Shown piece after piece: positions 18,495 through 20,162 of a DNA stretch of 20,162 bases. A model generated the notes under the pieces. It saw only the letters and a list, made by a program, of their open reading frames with translations, searched no databases and was not told the origin of the DNA. This stretch comes from Malacoraja senta (taxonomy: Eukaryota), in assembly GCA_038087875.1 (NCBI GenBank), contig JAXLNO010000214.1:62001-82162 (forward strand). Reading direction: 5' to 3'. Position 1 is the stretch's first letter. Each line of letters begins with the position of its first letter. Made by a program: the position numbers and the translations under genes.

Positions 18495-19492
18495 ATTGTT
18501 TCTAAGGTGGTCTATAGCCGAGCAGAGAGTACAACACGTAGAACCTGATCCTGCTACCGAGCTTCAGATAGATGAATATAAAATCATATACATCGCTCTT
18601 CCGAACACATCTCCTTGTATTAGACTTGTTTTTCCATTCAAACGTTGAGTTATAAAAATATTTAAAGTGAAAGAAGTGATAGAGTTGATTAGTAAAGGGT
18701 GAAAGAAAAATAACTACATCTACAATTAGTGTAGTTAGTGATAGCCACACTAACGTGGCTAGAATTCTAAAGACTTCCGTAGCCTTTGTAAAAAAAAAAA
18801 TTCCCAGCTCCGTGCCCGAAGAAAAAAAAAAAGATTATTTCTAACATTCAAATAACTTCTTTGGGAGTAACAAACTTATATACATACCCATACCTACACA
18901 CACACACCATACATACATATAAATATGTATATATACCCATGTGCGTACATTTACAAGCACGTATCCCTGCAGACAAACTCAAGAACAGCAAAAATTCACA
19001 ACGTTATTGTTCTCTACATGTTATATTATTTTCTTCGCTAAATCTATAAATTTAATTTTGATTTGAAAATCAAAGAGGAAAACCGTCAAGTTTTATTATG
19101 ACCTAGGCAAATTTACCTCTTGCATATCCTCTTATATAATCTAAGTATGTAATTCATCTCTACCTTAATCAAAGACTATTAATTATTAATCATTGTTATC
19201 CATCAATACAGTATTAAATTTTTATGAGAGAAGTTAATGTTAATAATTTTAGTAGTAATGTGGATATTAAATAAGTATTAGTTGTAGTTAGGTGTGAGTA
19301 TACAGATTATAACAATGACTAGTAAAATTAATAAAATAAAAAAATAAACAATACAAAGATCCCGATTTTCTCCAATGTTCTCCGTCCATTTCGGTTTTCG
19401 AATGGCCTTAAAGCTCTTAAAAGAACTTTAAAGGTCCTTTTAGATCTGGCGGTCCTGTTAGTCCTTGACTCCTAAGACGTAAAGTAAATTCT

Positions 19493-20162
19493 TCAGTCTA
19501 CGGTCAAGTTCTCGGTTTCTTTGGCGTATTCCAGTGCTTTTTCGTGGTCTGTAAAAAATAGCTCCTTGGATTTGAAGGAGACTCTTAGTCTTGCGGGATA
19601 AAGCAGGCCGTATCTCAAACCCGGTATATTCTTCAGTATTCTTTTTGTCTCAGTGAACAGCGCTCTTTTCTTGAAGACTTCTGCCGGATAATCTCGGTAA
19701 ATACTGAATCTCACCCCTTTAAAAAGGAGCTGTCCGCCTTGAACAGTTTTCCTCATTATATCGTCAAATTCATGATCCAGTTGTACCTTTACGATGATTT
19801 GTCTTGGGTGGGCTTCATCTTGTGTACGACGTCGCTGCGCTCTATGAGCTCGACCGAGTGAAGGTTTGTAATCCAATTTTAAGGCTTTTTGTAATAGGTC
19901 TGCCACAAAATCCCGAGTGCCCATATCCTTCTCACTTCCTTCTTTCACCCCTACAATTCTTAGGTTCATACGTCTTTGACGTCCCTCCAAATCGGTACAT
20001 TTATCACTTAATTTGATCACCATTTCGGAGAGGCGTTGGTTTTCATTAATGAGTCGACCTACAGTTTCCGCACTTGTCGCCGCCCATTTCTCAAGTTCAG
20101 TTATTGCTGTTCTATGTTGATCGAGTTCTTGATGAATGGGGTCCACCTCCATTTTAACGCTC
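19493..20162 (-). CDS. L1 ORF1p (coiled coil, RRM, CTD), N-terminus possibly outside the window
   Basis: Heptad-rich segment, then DLEGRQRRMNLRIVGVKEG, RAHR, IYRDYP and YGLLYPARLRV. The frame stays open (S-V-K) upstream of the ATG at 20152 to the window edge. Confidence 0.92.
   Translation of the reverse strand, partial: SVKMEVDPIHQELDQHRTAITELEKWAATSAETVGRLINENQRLSEMVIKLSDKCTDLEGRQRRMNLRIVGVKEGSEKDMGTRDFVADLLQKALKLDYKPSLGRAHRAQRRRTQDEAHPRQIIVKVQLDHEFDDIMRKTVQGGQLLFKGVRFSIYRDYPAEVFKKRALFTETKRILKNIPGLRYGLLYPARLRVSFKSKELFFTDHEKALEYAKETENLTVD

Larger units (their letters stand above)
14316..20162 (-). mobile_element. L1-clade LINE, apparently intact within the window (5' end lies beyond the right edge)
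   Basis: ORF1 (partial), 998-bp spacer, uninterrupted ORF2, ~360-bp 3' UTR, AATAAA (14339-14344 on -) and A11 tail (14316-14326 on -). Confidence 0.96.

Overview
Eukaryotic (vertebrate) genomic DNA made almost entirely of transposable elements and repeats. The repeat families (V-SINE/HE1-like SINE with a CR1-type partner tail, esterase-ORF1 CR1 LINEs, Penelope-like fragments) point to a cartilaginous fish, probably a skate or ray; this is inference. Left to right: decayed CR1 LINE (-, SGNH-esterase ORF1 plus APE endonuclease); Penelope-like terminal-repeat mosaics with minimal hammerhead-ribozyme cores; a second decayed CR1 (+); a Penelope GIY-YIG 3' fragment; a BEL/Pao gag relic; a LINE-type 3' tail; a non-autonomous Helitron (TC...hairpin-CTAG); a MITE with ~90-bp TIRs inserted in a 31-bp minisatellite; a palindromic 30-bp minisatellite; an interrupted local duplication containing hairpin-rich inserts; another Penelope fragment (-); a 13-finger C2H2 zinc-finger pseudogene (-); a tRNA-derived V-SINE; and an apparently intact L1-clade LINE (-). 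The L1 has an uninterrupted 1271-aa ORF2, an ORF1 running off the window and a 998-bp inter-ORF spacer. No intact host gene is visible. I found no clearly new biological system. The best leads are the intact L1 and its spacer, the hammerhead cores with recurring inversion junctions, the zinc-finger array, and the unexplained hairpins at 10.2 and 11.1 kb.
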